A DNA stretch of 64,000 bases from Spongospora subterranea f. sp. subterranea. Lineage: Eukaryota. The notes under the pieces are model-generated. The model searched no databases. It was not told the origin of the DNA and saw only the letters and a program-made list of their open reading frames with translations. The stretch lies in contig JAUGWO010000023.1 in assembly GCA_049724395.1 (NCBI GenBank), forward strand, positions 248,001 to 312,000, in the 5' to 3' direction. Shown piece after piece: positions 11,729 through 23,980 of the stretch (the stretch's first letter is position 1; every line of letters begins with the position of its first letter). The position numbers and the translations under genes were made by a program.

Positions 11729-12897
11729 GAAAACGGTATAGTAATATTCACGATCCTGCATCCAGAATGCGATGCTTTTTATATGTTCGACAACTCCCAG
11801 AACCAACTTGCTCTCTCACCTGACGCTCTGAATAACAAAGTGCTTACCAGTCAAAGATAATGGCAAAAATGTCAAGCCATGGATGGGCGTTTGCAGAGAG
11901 CGAAGAGAAGGTAATTCAGTCAATGATGACATCACAGGGAACGGCAAAAGGTTTTCGTACGATTTTGACGGAACGTATTCTATGGGCCTCCACTCTATCT
12001 CGTAAAGCCGCCGTCGAGTTATTTCAATAGCAGTCAGATTTTAGGAACAGCAATGCTGGTTATCGAAAACTGTTGTCAAGCATCCTGGATTTCTGATAGA
12101 TTCTATCCAAAATGTCATTCCGAATTTGATCATCTAGAGATGTATTGGGCAGCGTGCAAAATTTTTACAAGAAGGAACTGTACCTATTCCTTCAAAGGTC
12201 TCCAAAAGATTGTTCCTTTATCTTTACAAAGTGTTCCACTGGTGCACATACAAAATTCGCGAGAAAGTGTTTCCAATATCTGGACACGTACAGAGTCCAT
12301 TGGGAGAATTGAAATGAGCAAATATTTTTATAGTGCAAATGTTTGCGGGCACAGTCAATGATTTTTCATTTTTTGTCACCTTCTACTTTTCAGCTTTTCA
12401 AAATTCTTGTTGGTATGTAGCGATGGCTACGATATTTTCTTACTGCATGGACCTGGTCGGTCGTCAACCCTGTTTCAATTTTCCCAATGGACTCGATACG
12501 TGTCCATATATTGACATTCGCAGTGGAATTTTGGATAGAAATCTATCAGAAATCCAGGATGCTCGACAACAGTTTCCGATAACCAGCATTGTTTTGTTCC
12601 TGAAAATCTGGTTGCTGTTGCAATAATTCCTCGGCTGTTGTACGAGATAGAGTGGAGTCCCATAAGCTATGTTCCGTCAAATGGTACGAAGGCCTTTCAT
12701 TGGCTGAATTACCTTCTCTCCGCTCTCTGCCAAAAGCCATCCATGGCTTTGCTGCTTGACATTTTTGCCATTATCTTTGACTGGTAGCACTTTGACAGAG
12801 CGTCAGGTGGGAGAGCAAGTTGGTTCTGGGAGTTGTCGAACATGAGTGAAGCATCGCATTCGAGATGCAGAATCTTGAAAATCACTACAACCTTTTC
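11729..12897. repeat. Inverted duplication IR4 of a degenerate transposase: arms about 11729-12314 and 12473-12897, loop about 158 bp
   Basis: Blocks such as ttcgacaactcccagaaccaacttgctctc and tcctggatttctgatagatt recur reverse-complemented; the right arm lacks about 150 bp (about 12126-12273 of the left arm). Confidence 0.92.
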
Positions 12898-13000
12898 GAG
12901 CTGCTTAATCAGATCAGAATTGGTCCAGTAACCCCCATCGTCGTTTTAATTATTACAACTGACTCAGCATGGATAATTAGTATGAACCAAACAATGTTCC
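11729..13000. pseudogene. IS630/Tc1-mariner-related DDE transposase relics, one copy per strand
   Basis: Minus copy: GYWTNSDLIKQL, MFDNSQNQLALPPDAL, FYPKFHCE, AVRKYRSHR. Plus copy: FYPKCHSEFDHLEMYWAACKIFTRRNCTYSFKGL. Confidence 0.75.
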
Positions 13001-14642
13001 ATTGCGCGCTATCAGTTTTCTGTAAAATAACTCAAAATATCACGATACATTATTGAACGATCCTCTTGTGGATCTCCTGTTTCCAGATGCCGTTTCAGGA
13101 CGGGATACGCTTGCGAATTTGGGCTGTATAGTGTCTTTTAGTAAATTATCTATGTGTAAGAAATAAGCATACCTGATTCATAAGACCTGAAACTGAATTG
13201 GATGATGTTTTTCCTGGTGCTGAGCCTGGTCGACGTAATCGTTGCTGCAGAGAACGACTAGCTTCGCTTGCCGCTGATAACAAGTCAGGTGTGCTTTTTT
13301 TGTGTTTTTTCTTGCTTGCGGCACGCCCGCGAATAATCCTGATTCGGGGAAAGCATCGAATGAGATTTCCATCGAAAAAACATAAACCCTTAACAAACTT
13401 GGCATTTTTTTCAATTTTATCGAAATTAATATCTGCTATCACAGGCTTTTTTTTGGTGATATCAACAGTCGAGGCTGCATTTCCCTAAGTAAAAGTCAAA
13501 AGAGCGAACATTATGAGTCCGTTGACACACCTCTTCCGAACACAGCCGTAAATTCCTTGAACTTCTAACATCAAGTTGAAGACGGTGATTTGCCTATATT
13601 TAAGCAGTATACTCAGCAGAGTGAAATAGAGCGAACAAGAGAGCCTACAAACAGACGCATCCATTGAATTGTGGTTGGAGGTAAGCCGCAATCGGTGAAT
13701 GCATACTGCCATCGGGGTAATCCCAAATGCAGGAATAGTAATCGTACATACTCTGTAAAAGTATTGCACAGAAAGTAATACCGGCATGATAGATCTTGGA
13801 AATAAATACGACTTTTACTTAAATCTGATGACTCTAATATGAGCATAGTGGAGCTACTGATATGAGCCGTGATAATACCAGATTCGCAGACAAGGACAAC
13901 TCTGCCATCTATGCAAAGAGAATCCAAGTCGAACGCCAGTGACAAGTTTGACGGCGCCGAATTCGAGGCAGTGTTTGAAATGAAGGTTGCAGTGCTGATA
14001 TCCACCCGGTTTAATTTATTGATCCGAATTGATATTCAACGACCCAATATTCAACAAGTCGCCTATAATATCGTAATGAAATACGATTTATTACAGCTCT
14101 ATCCTGACGAGAAAACTAACCTTTATATCTCACTTTCCATTTAAGGAGCAGGCCGTTCTGCATCAGAAAAAAATTCTGTAAATCTTTGGGTAAACGGCAA
14201 GATTTGTTGGCCGCAACCCATCGCCCAAGCTCGACTAACGTAATAGTATGATCAATCCTGATTGTTTTCCGGAGATGAGGTCACCATCGGTGGCAGGGGT
14301 TCGTTCGACCAGCTCAATACTGCAGACACCCGGCTGAGATTCGAGGTATGGAATAATGGACAGGGATATCCTATTGAAGACCGAGCGCATCTACTCACTT
14401 TCAACCCTATAGGGTAGTTGAATCACAATGCACTATGGTTGGGGGTAGCGATTGGCATTCACACTGGGACTTGCCCAGTTACTGGAGGTGCCTCCACCTT
14501 TCGATGCGGTTTTTTGAGGAAAGGGGGATGGCTGGCGGGGAACTTGGACCATTTTGTGGCATAAGATTGTTGCATTTGTTGATATATATATTCACCGATG
14601 AAGTGCAGAAACAAGGACGGTGCTGTCGTAGATGCAATATTT

Positions 14643-15600
14643 TCAATGGTCGGACAATAAAAATGAAGCGACGGTCTTCACTGCCTCTCGAAATGCATGC
14701 AATTGCGTCAGCGAGTTCCGATTGAAATTGAACAGAGCCTTGAACAGTTCGTCACTATCCGCACAGGTATTCTTGACTAGCATCAGCAACGATTTGTAGC
14801 CGACCGTGTCGATGGGGGTCGAGGCTAGTAAAAGTTGCGATAACACCCTGATTAACACACGTGTTGGTAACTTGTCCATGAAGGACGAATTGGCAAGTAT
14901 CGACCTGCCAGTAAAATGTGTAATGAACTGAGATGGGGCCGCGTACGAATCGTGTTCTTCGCATGATATATTCTGCATAATGCAGCCTCGTGATTCGAAC
15001 AGAGACAGGAACTGAACACAGCGAGCGTTATCCGATATACGAACTCGTTCGTAAACGAACGACAATCCTTCCCTAATATCAAATAATTACAACAATAGAA
15101 AATTTTTTGATAAGGCGCCAATTAACCACGTATGCTCGCCTGATTGTGGCCCGAACATCGGGTGCGTGCACAAAATATCGACGGAGGCTGGGACAGCACT
15201 GTTCCCAGTCATCACCTCCTTGGCGTGGACTTTAACGGACAGTACATCGACCAGCAAAAACAAGCTGGAACTGCAGAATGGCAGCGATTTGACGACGCCT
15301 ATCGCCTATGTCAGTAATAAAGTGCCGCAATCAACAACACTGACCCTCAAATTGAGCAATTGGTGTAGCGATAATGACAACGTCAGGAGAAACAGATAGG
15401 AGTTCAGACAGTGATGAAACGACAACGACACCGACTTGAGCAGCGAACGTAGTGACATCCAAATTTGGTTCGAAAACTGATATTCGGAAAACTGAAAATG
15501 TACTCAAGTCAGCGATTTTTGTTACAGGACTTGAACAAACACCTTTTGAGGACAAATTCTTGGCAAGGAATTGGCCAAACCTGCCAAAGCCAATAATTGC
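14643..15600 (-). CDS. tyrA: Arogenate/prephenate dehydrogenase (TyrA) domain, probably the C-terminal half of a PDT-TyrA fusion
   Basis: Rossmann motif AIIGFGRFGQFLAK, DVLSVK, CTHPMFGP, ISCEEHDSYAAPSQFITHFTGR, TPIDTVGYKSLLMLVKNTCADSDELF. Confidence 0.85.
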
Positions 15601-15625
15601 AAGATGTAACGGAAGGCGCCCATTG

Positions 15626-16932
15626 TCAGTAGTCTCTAACGTATCGAAACGTGGCGAATTCGCGATGGAAACAAGAACATGACTCTTCTACGGCGAAGTC
15701 GGAAGTCCCGGAAGGAAATGAGCCCAAGACTCGGACGAAACCAAAATTATCCTACCAGATCTTAAAGAAAATTCAATTTTAAACCATATTTATACCTCCA
15801 AATATCTGATTGCCTGCTGAGTCCTCGGTTCTTCGAAATGGGCAAGACAGTCCAAGTAAAAAAAATATTTGTATCGAAGCGGAGAACGCGCGCACCCTAT
15901 ATATGAGTTGGCGAAAAACATAGAACTTACAAAGGACACGCGATTAGACCTTTAGCGAATAAATGCATTGATTTTCCCGGACGGCTTTCAATCTTTGTCA
16001 AGTCAATACCAGCTTTCTAAAACGGCTGAAGTCAAAATTCAGGTCAGACATTCTTAGCAACCACCTATTACAGCGAAGACGGACAACGCTTGAACAAGGG
16101 CCCCAGGGACATGATCGTACAACCCGAAAACTAGACATGTCTTCGAACGCAGGTGAAGGCCTGAATTTTAAATGACCTTTTAGCATCAAATTGGACTATT
16201 CATCCGGACCATGAGGAATAGGTTGCTTATTCAATAGAAGGAACCGGGTGAAGTTATCTTGTTCGTCCTGAATATTCTCAGCGAGGACATGTAGGTTATA
16301 CGAAGTGGCAGCGGTGACACTGGCGATGGCTGCGACTCCATGAATCTTGTCTTCGGCAATCAATGCAGCGCTGCCAGCCGTGTCAAGCTGTGCCACAGGC
16401 GTGAACCCATGAGCAGCGATATAATCGGAACATTGAGCCAGAGCCTTTCAAGATATCAGACGAAAAAAGGTCGACATAAAAAATTATCGAAAGGGAATAC
16501 CTGGGGATGACTGTATACCTGTTGTATTTGGTCAAGTTTAACACCAGGTAAAGCCATTAACGCGTGTTGGATGTGTAGGTCGAATTCACCAATTACACTA
16601 AGCCCAGACGATAGCAAAGCGTCATATGCGGCATGCACCGAACCGCCTAATGAGTTCTCAACTGAAGAATGGTTCGTGAAAACGACAACTCGCAGGGACA
16701 GTATGCGGAAAGTACAGGGAATCATGGCGTGATCCACTTCATTATCCACGACCATTTGCATTGCCGACGCGAAAGTGGCGCATGGGACTAAATCCAGATT
16801 ACCACGTCCCTGTAGGAAACAGCTGGCGGCCTGCTCACTATAGGCGCCGGGCTGATCGGCCAATATAACTCAAGAGATTCCCTCGTTGCCAACGATGGTC
16901 ATTACCTCTCCTTGATACGCTACACGCAGCAT
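15626..16932 (-). CDS. pheA: Prephenate/arogenate dehydratase with ACT domain, spliced
   Basis: RVAYQGE-PGAYSE, VENSLGGSV, VYSHPQ, DTAGSA, IQDEQDNFTRFLLL, KYFFYLD, FVRVLGSFP. Confidence 0.9.
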
Positions 16933-17387
16933 CACGCACACTTCACGCACTATACTGTCAGAGGGTGGTAACGCATTACGCACCAGGATGCAACGTCCGT
17001 AACATAGCGGAAACATAAATACAACAGCAACGTACGAGTTGCGTAGACAATCGAACATTATATTTAGGTCGGATCGATTATGTATCGTGTCGCCTCTTAT
17101 CAGTGATTTCATCATGAGAAACTGATGAAGACGTTCTTTTTTATACATTGACAATGCGCAAAAGCAGAAACTTGTTATTAATGTCTGGTTGCCGATTACC
17201 ATTTCACGTGCAAGTTTCCTAATTGAAAGCGCGTGGTTTGGATTCAAGGGCATGAACATGACGAAACGATATGGTTAAACAAACACACGCAAACGTGAAC
17301 AAAAAAGAAGAAGTAGATTTAGATATTTTCAGCAACGCGGTACAATTCCCGCCCAAGAAACAGGATGCTAGCATAGCATCTCCACCT

Positions 17388-18353
17388 TTATGAATACTCG
17401 AATCTGCATGTCCCAACTTCTCTCCAATCACCGAATAGTTTGCTGTTATCGCGAAGGAATCCTTCCAGTTTCATTGGAGTGCACGCCGACCCGTCAATGT
17501 CGAGTGCCCTGACTAGCGAAACGGCATCGAGTGCGTTTAGCTCAATGATAGCCGCCTGGATCGACATCATAACGAACTCGGTGCAAAACCTGTCAATGTT
17601 TTTCAATTCGAAGCGCAACAGCTAACCCACTTCAAATACATTTCCAAAGTTGTGCTGAAGCTATGCCGTTTTTGGCTCAAAAACTCGCCTAGCAACAGAA
17701 TTAAGAAAACTGATAGAATTGAGCGTGGTATTCTCACCAACTCTAGCGTCTTTGAACACCGAGGTGATGGATTTAGTAACGCCAAACGCAACCTTGGCGT
17801 CGACCAAGGCCAACGCTTCTTGGGCAGCCAATCTACCCACTTCTCCAGTTATATCTGCTCGTAGGCGGTATACCCGCCCTGTACGAACACTGCCTGGGTC
17901 GGGGACCTTAGACTGCGAGATCAGGTTGATGCAGGCACCGGTATTGGTGACATGAGCAACGCCTGCATGAGACACATCCGGGTCCACGACTATAAAACAG
18001 TGAACGGCGTCGCTTCCACCGGATTGAAACAGGTCTCCCGTGACGATCCTGAGCAAACTCTGCCCAACCGAGACCAGGCTGAATTCTGATACGAAGACAA
18101 TATCGCCCCGGCGGAGAGCGGCGATATACAGCGACGGATCAGGGGATTCAACGGGGACAGAGTGGACCCAGAGGTCTGTGGGCGGCTCCATGTCCTCAAT
18201 CGGAACCATTTGGCCCGAGTTCACATTTTTAACGAACCGGATCTCGCCTTGATCGCTGGCGATATCTGCCATGATACCACGAACAGATTCCAGACTGTAA
18301 CCGACACGGTTGCGCCATGTATGTCGCCACCTACCAGCTATGTACTTCAGCAC
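17388..18353 (-). CDS. Permuted papain-like NlpC/P60 family protein (putative), spliced
   Basis: LRRGDIVF...AVHCFIVV (His) comes before FCTEFV (Cys), the permuted catalytic order; start codon uncertain. Confidence 0.55.
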
Positions 18354-19037
18354 ATCACGTCAATACTATCCGCAAATGCATTCCGCCGTCAAATGAGCCT
18401 AACTCCATCAACTTAAAATGTTTCAAAAAATATTATATAGAACCATCAGTACAAGTTTGCCTGCTGCCCAATTGACAGTAAATAGGTGTAAAACCAGAAT
18501 ACGTGTCGACACACAAAGGGAAGACTCTGTACACTGTTATTCGGTAGCGCCAAATTCATTGATTCAGATTCAGATAGCATTCATCATAGTTCATTTAAAC
18601 AAAGAAGTTTCGGTGAATTACACAGACTCAAATTCAGGTGGCAGGGGGCTGACGGCATGACAGCACAATAATTTCAATCAGCGGAATTATAGAGCGCCTG
18701 AAATCATAGGGCAACGCTTTCACAGGCAAATACATTTACGGAGATCCAGCATACGGTTCAGACCTGGTCGTTTGTCCGTTCGCTTTTGCCGAACCGGGAG
18801 CAGGCAATCGGAGTTTAATAGATCGATATGCTTCAGTCAGAAAAACCGTGGAATTGAGTTCTGGCCGTCTGAAAACTCTGTGGCCTACGGTCGCATACGA
18901 CACGGAACTGAAAGTTCGTCAGTTCACAATTGGCACTGTTAACGACTTCGTATTGTTGTTTGCAGCCGCAAGGAAAAACCGATCTTAAAGTATTTCGGCA
19001 TTTTCCTCCGAGTTTGGAATACTATTTGACGCTTAAA

Positions 19038-19256
19038 ACTCAAAGCTGAGTGGCTTGATCGGCTGGAGTCGGATCGCCGTACTGTGAACGAATATGATAT
19101 TGATTTTACTTTTTGTTAATAAACATCCTCATCACATCTCCCATCTGCGCAAGAACACGATGCATCTGTGCATCGTTCACAGCACGGCGACCAGACTCCA
19201 GCCGATCAAGCTTGAGCCGCTCATCTTTGAGTGCAAGTTTCTCCTCAGCTTTGAGT
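19038..19256. repeat. Short eroded inverted duplication IR6
   Basis: 19053-19091 pairs with 19173-19211 (39 bp, 3 mismatches, 81-bp loop); 19038-19050 pairs perfectly with 19244-19256. Confidence 0.85.
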
Positions 19257-19543
19257 GCAAGCTTTTCCTTTTCAGATTGCACAGCCCATGAATCGCACCC
19301 TGAGAGGTGGACATCAACTGATCCAGTTTTTCGCTCTTGGTGATTTTGCGTTTTTTCTTTCTGGACATATACACAGTGGCGATCACCCAACACCCGATCG
19401 GGTTGAACCTCTACTGTGGTGTATGCGGATTAACTGTAGAAATGAGTGTTTGAGGTGGTGGGTGCCGCTATTTCATTGGAGTTATAAATGACTGAAACAG
19501 GGATGCGCCCAACTACAGAACTTCATTTTCAGTAATAACTCCG

Positions 19544-20161
19544 ATGCCGATCGTTGAAAACCCGTTTGAGACCCAGGCCTTGATTCCCGAGATTCTACCA
19601 AGCCACCCCAAGCGTCCGCTGGAGGTTCGATATCCCGACCTACGTATCGAACCGGGTTGTTTCGCCACGCCGACCCAGGTGAGGGAACCGCCGGCTGTTG
19701 TTGATTGGGATGCGGAAAACGACCAGCTTTATACGGTTATGATGATCGATCCCGATGCGCCTCAGCGCGAACGTCCGACGAATCGCGATTGGCTTCATTG
19801 GTTGGTCATCAACGTGCCTGGCGATCATATTTCTCAAGGTCAGACAATAGCAGAATATATAGGGTCGGCGCCGCCCAAAGGATCTGGTAAACATCGCTAT
19901 ATACTGGCTGTATTTCAACAGCCGGGAAAGATACAACCGACCGACGTCAAACACTTGAGCAAGCATCAGGCTAAAGGACGGGCGAAGTTCGCCACGATTC
20001 CGTTCCTGGAACGGAACAAGCTCGCTGGGCCATTGGCTGCCACATTTTTCCAGGCCGAATGGGATAACGCCGTTCCGCGCCATATATCAACAGCTCACAG
20101 AATAATTTTGATTAATACATGTGTTTGGCTCCGGTTGGGAGAGTATACATCCAGATCCTAA
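19544..20161 (+). CDS. Phosphatidylethanolamine-binding protein (PEBP/RKIP family)
   Basis: YTVMMIDPDAP, WLHWLVINVPG, YIGSAPPKGSGKHRY; 3' end may be spliced or frameshifted. Confidence 0.92.
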   Translation: MPIVENPFETQALIPEILPSHPKRPLEVRYPDLRIEPGCFATPTQVREPPAVVDWDAENDQLYTVMMIDPDAPQRERPTNRDWLHWLVINVPGDHISQGQTIAEYIGSAPPKGSGKHRYILAVFQQPGKIQPTDVKHLSKHQAKGRAKFATIPFLERNKLAGPLAATFFQAEWDNAVPRHISTAHRIILINTCVWLRLGEYTSRS

Positions 20162-20800
20162 CTCTGATCCCGAACTTTGTATGGGGGATTTTCCCAATGG
20201 GTTGGGACGGAAGAATGAATTGAGGTCACGGTGGAAACGGACGAAAGCGATTCCGGGCGAGTTGTTTTCTAGATTCCCCGAGATCAGTGAGTTCGATGTG
20301 CCAAATTCCTCACAACAACCAGTATCTTGGAGGCAAAACTGTACCATTGGAAACTGTCTGGAAAAGGAGGGAAGGTGAATATGTATGATAACGACCTCTG
20401 AGTTCAATATAGGTGATTGCGTTGTTTGTTATCTTTTCAATGATTCGTATGAGTTCAAAAGTGATGTTAAATATGTCCCGCGCCCGTGTCTCAGAAATCC
20501 GCCAGAATATGAAGCAGACACGGGCCAAAAATCATCAGATCATTCCACACGAGTAAATAAATGATTAATACTATTTCGGAATTGCCAAAGGCTGTACCGT
20601 ATGTTAAGTGTTAGTGCCGCTCTGCCTCAAGAAATAACGATAATAAAAGCAATGCCAGTTCTCATTGAAAACATTATAAAGATATACTGGGCGAAAAGGA
20701 GTTCGAATAGTGAGTACATGGAGATCACAATCGAGTACTCCACTGTAAGTTGCAATCGATGGGAAAGTGCATTTGACTCACGATCATGGCGACACACAAA

Positions 20801-22372
20801 ATGAGATGCAGAAGTCATATGGGGTCGAAATCGGCGCGATCTGAGCGATATTGTCATAGCGCTAGAATTCGGGCCAGCATTCATGGTCAGATCAACGATT
20901 TATCGATGCGGTGGAAACAAGGCAGGTTCTCCTTAACCCCGGCATCGTCAACTATTGATCGAAGGGCAACGACATCATCTCACGCAAAACGAAGGCGAAC
21001 AACGACCACCACACCCTGGGGTCGAGAAACTTCGCGACCGGTTCCTGTTGTTATGATCAAAAACATTTCTTCAACAAGCACTACAGAATCAGGTCTGCCA
21101 CCATTACCGCAGCCGACCAAACCCTTTTGCCAGACAACAGCGAAATTGGCATTCCGCAAAGCGTGCAGGTGAGCGGATTGACCACGAGGCAACATTCCAT
21201 TGTTTTGTCTCATCATTTCAACAGGAATCTGGGCATCCGAACCAGCCTTTTGGTAGAATCGAGGGCGAATCGCAGTTGGAACACCGAAGAAACCATCGAG
21301 AAACACGAGGCAATACAGACTGCAATGAACCGCACCAAGGTAATTTCAACGTAATCCAGAGAAATGATGGGATTCAGAGCCAAACAAACAGCAATGGCGG
21401 GCAGGAGTAAGCGGATGGATCACCGCGCGGAAACCATCAAACCAACATGAACTATCTTCGCTGCAAAGATTTGAGGCGCTGGCATTATTTTCACATTTTG
21501 ACGTTGACGGATCTGGACTACTCGATTCTCGCGAAATCACTGCCGCCTTCAATCTAGTTGGAATACCATTATCGAAAAAATCGTTGGTCCGGTTATTATA
21601 TGGATTGGGCAAGACATGGTATGATCTTCTTGATTTCAATTCATTCTGCAGGTACGTTTGTGGCAGTAAAGTTTACGAACACAATTTTTTAAATGAACCA
21701 TGTCCATGTCTATCTCGTTATAGGTTATTGAACTGCGACGCTATTACCGAGAAGGTTGCCGGCAGCAAATCCGGGCGGTTAGCAATGACGCCGCAGCAGA
21801 CTTCCAAACCGATACCAAACGTCGAGATTCAAGAGAATTTAGAGAAGGAAAAGAAGCGCCATCAATGGCGACAGCGGCAGAAATACCACGAGCTGTTCAG
21901 AATGGTTGACCGTGATGCTGGTGGCACAATAACCGCTAATGAAATTCGCGAAGCGTTCCGCTTCATCGGGTCGCGAGTCACCGACGACTTGGTGGAAAGC
22001 ATGTTTCAGAAAGTAAGCAAGACCATAGATGATCAGATCAACATCGACGAATTTGCTAGAATGATGCAGGTTTGTGCAGCTTCACTGCGTGAAAACAAAA
22101 CTTGATTGAGGATGTGGCTTTAGGTCGCGGATTCAACAGAACAGGAGGTTAAACGTGTCACCGAGAAGGTGGCCGATGATCATGCGATGCGTCAAGCCGA
22201 AGACGAGCGGATAAAACACGCAGCGATACGTTTACCGTTCAGCAAAATTTGTATGTCGCTGAAACGTCGTACAATGTTGGAGGATACGATAGCGGCGGCA
22301 AGCCTGATTACTGACTGTCATCAACTCTTTGAGATAGCCGAATATAGTAAAGCATTGGCAACTTGCCGCTAA
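20801..22372 (+). CDS. EF-hand calcium-binding protein, spliced, limits approximate
   Basis: EF loops FDVDGSGLLDSRE (about 21497) and VDRDAGGTITANE (about 21906), plus QINIDEF. Confidence 0.65.
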
Positions 22373-22567
22373 CGTCTTCCTTGAAACGTACAAACCAATA
22401 ACTTATGGAAAACGCCAAAAGGGGAAGATCTAATTTTTGCTAAGCAAAAACATTGGAGGCTACTGGTGTTTGAGACTTGAAGTACACACAAGTGTTCGGC
22501 CAAATATTTATCGATCTGACAAGCATTAGTTGGCAAGATTGATGGAAAACCCTATGAGCCGTTCCAA

Positions 22568-23200
22568 ATGAGTCACGACACAAAGTCCTTCCGGGTCTGG
22601 TCCAGCCATCCACGAATGACCCAACAAGTTCAAACGCTGAAAATGAAGTCTAATCCATCGGCTAATAGTGGCAAAGCTTCTGGCTCGCTAGCAGAAAAAC
22701 GAGATTTGAGACCTGAAGCTACAAATCGTTTATCCTATAGTATTGCTGAAGATTCAGAACTCGAAGTGGAGGCTCGCCCAAAATCAAAACTTGCTGGCGC
22801 AGTCGAAGAACAGCATCGAATATTAACCGAGAAAATAACAGGCGCCGTTCGGCAAGGAAATGAAGCCGTTGTTCAAGCCGGGCAGGTCGTATCTGACATT
22901 GGCAGGAAAACGGATGAAGTAGTAAAGCAAATCGAGAGCGAGGCGAAAGACATGAAGTTAGTTTTACAGAAAGTGATTGACGACGTTAAGTTCATTGTTA
23001 GCGAAGAAGGAATCGTTGGGCAATCGGTCAACCAGGTTACTGTATTAGCTAGTTCTGCTCAAGACGTTATCATGTCAAACCTTCCCGACATGGACGATGA
23101 AACAGCTCAAAACGTTCGTCGCTGGTCGATGATGGCCAGCATTGGTGTCATAATCGCCGTCGCTGTAGGAATTACTGTTAATGTGATGAGGCGGCCCTGA
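22568..23200 (+). CDS. Hypothetical coiled-coil protein with C-terminal membrane anchor
   Basis: 210-aa ORF ending in a hydrophobic helix and a basic tail (MMASIGVIIAVAVGITVNVMRRP). Confidence 0.7.
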   Translation: MSHDTKSFRVWSSHPRMTQQVQTLKMKSNPSANSGKASGSLAEKRDLRPEATNRLSYSIAEDSELEVEARPKSKLAGAVEEQHRILTEKITGAVRQGNEAVVQAGQVVSDIGRKTDEVVKQIESEAKDMKLVLQKVIDDVKFIVSEEGIVGQSVNQVTVLASSAQDVIMSNLPDMDDETAQNVRRWSMMASIGVIIAVAVGITVNVMRRP

Positions 23201-23293
23201 AAAAATACAGTACGATTACGACACCGTAAATGGCAGATTTCAATTAACTGTACTTGTATCAAGGATACATATACAACATGATTCATTTTTTGA

Positions 23294-23810
23294 TTAACGC
23301 CCCCTTCGCAAGTCTGTCAACTTAGTTACAATTGTATGAGCCGATATAGGGACAATTATGAACGTGAGGACAATCAATGCTGCGGTGGAGAAGGGTGTAA
23401 AATAGGTTGAACGAGATGACGGTATGATTACGGCAGCAACAGCCAAGCTATTTGCTGCGATCAGAATAAGCGCCAACACAACCGGAGCTATAGAATCGGC
23501 TGAACCTTGATCTGCTACTGCATATCTTGAGGTGGACGAACCAACACTACAAATACAGATTAGAAAAAATAGATAGAAACTTACAGAATTAAAACAACCT
23601 GCAATGCAGTGTCTCTCCATTCATGATATTATACTGTTCAATGCTATGATTATCAATTAAACGAATCCCTCGTCTGATCAAGATAACGCGCCTTCCCGCT
23701 GCCAGCTCCTCAGCGAACCCAGCGGTCTTGATGTCGAAAATGGTACCAGAGGCGGGAACCGAGAGCATCAGTGGCGCCCTGCCAACGCAAAGGACCCTGA
23801 GCGAGATCAT
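23294..23810 (-). CDS. Ubiquitin-like-domain membrane protein, one intron
   Basis: RRVILIRRGIRLIDNHSIEQYNIMNGETLHC (UBL) followed by two TM segments. Confidence 0.7.
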
Positions 23811-23980
23811 GTTATGAAATTCTAGCAGAGATATCTAATGGACCATCTGGTGATCTGGAACCAATTACCAATATCATTCGAGATCAGTAGGGCTGGAGGC
23901 TGCGCTGATTACGCTCTATCGCATTATTCGCACAGTGTGATGACTGAGGGTTCCGCTGTTCCGAAACGACTGCACCATTT

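Noticed and set aside
20482..20525. 10-bp inverted repeat gcccgtgtct/agacacgggc
   Set aside because: Short and isolated, with no other support.
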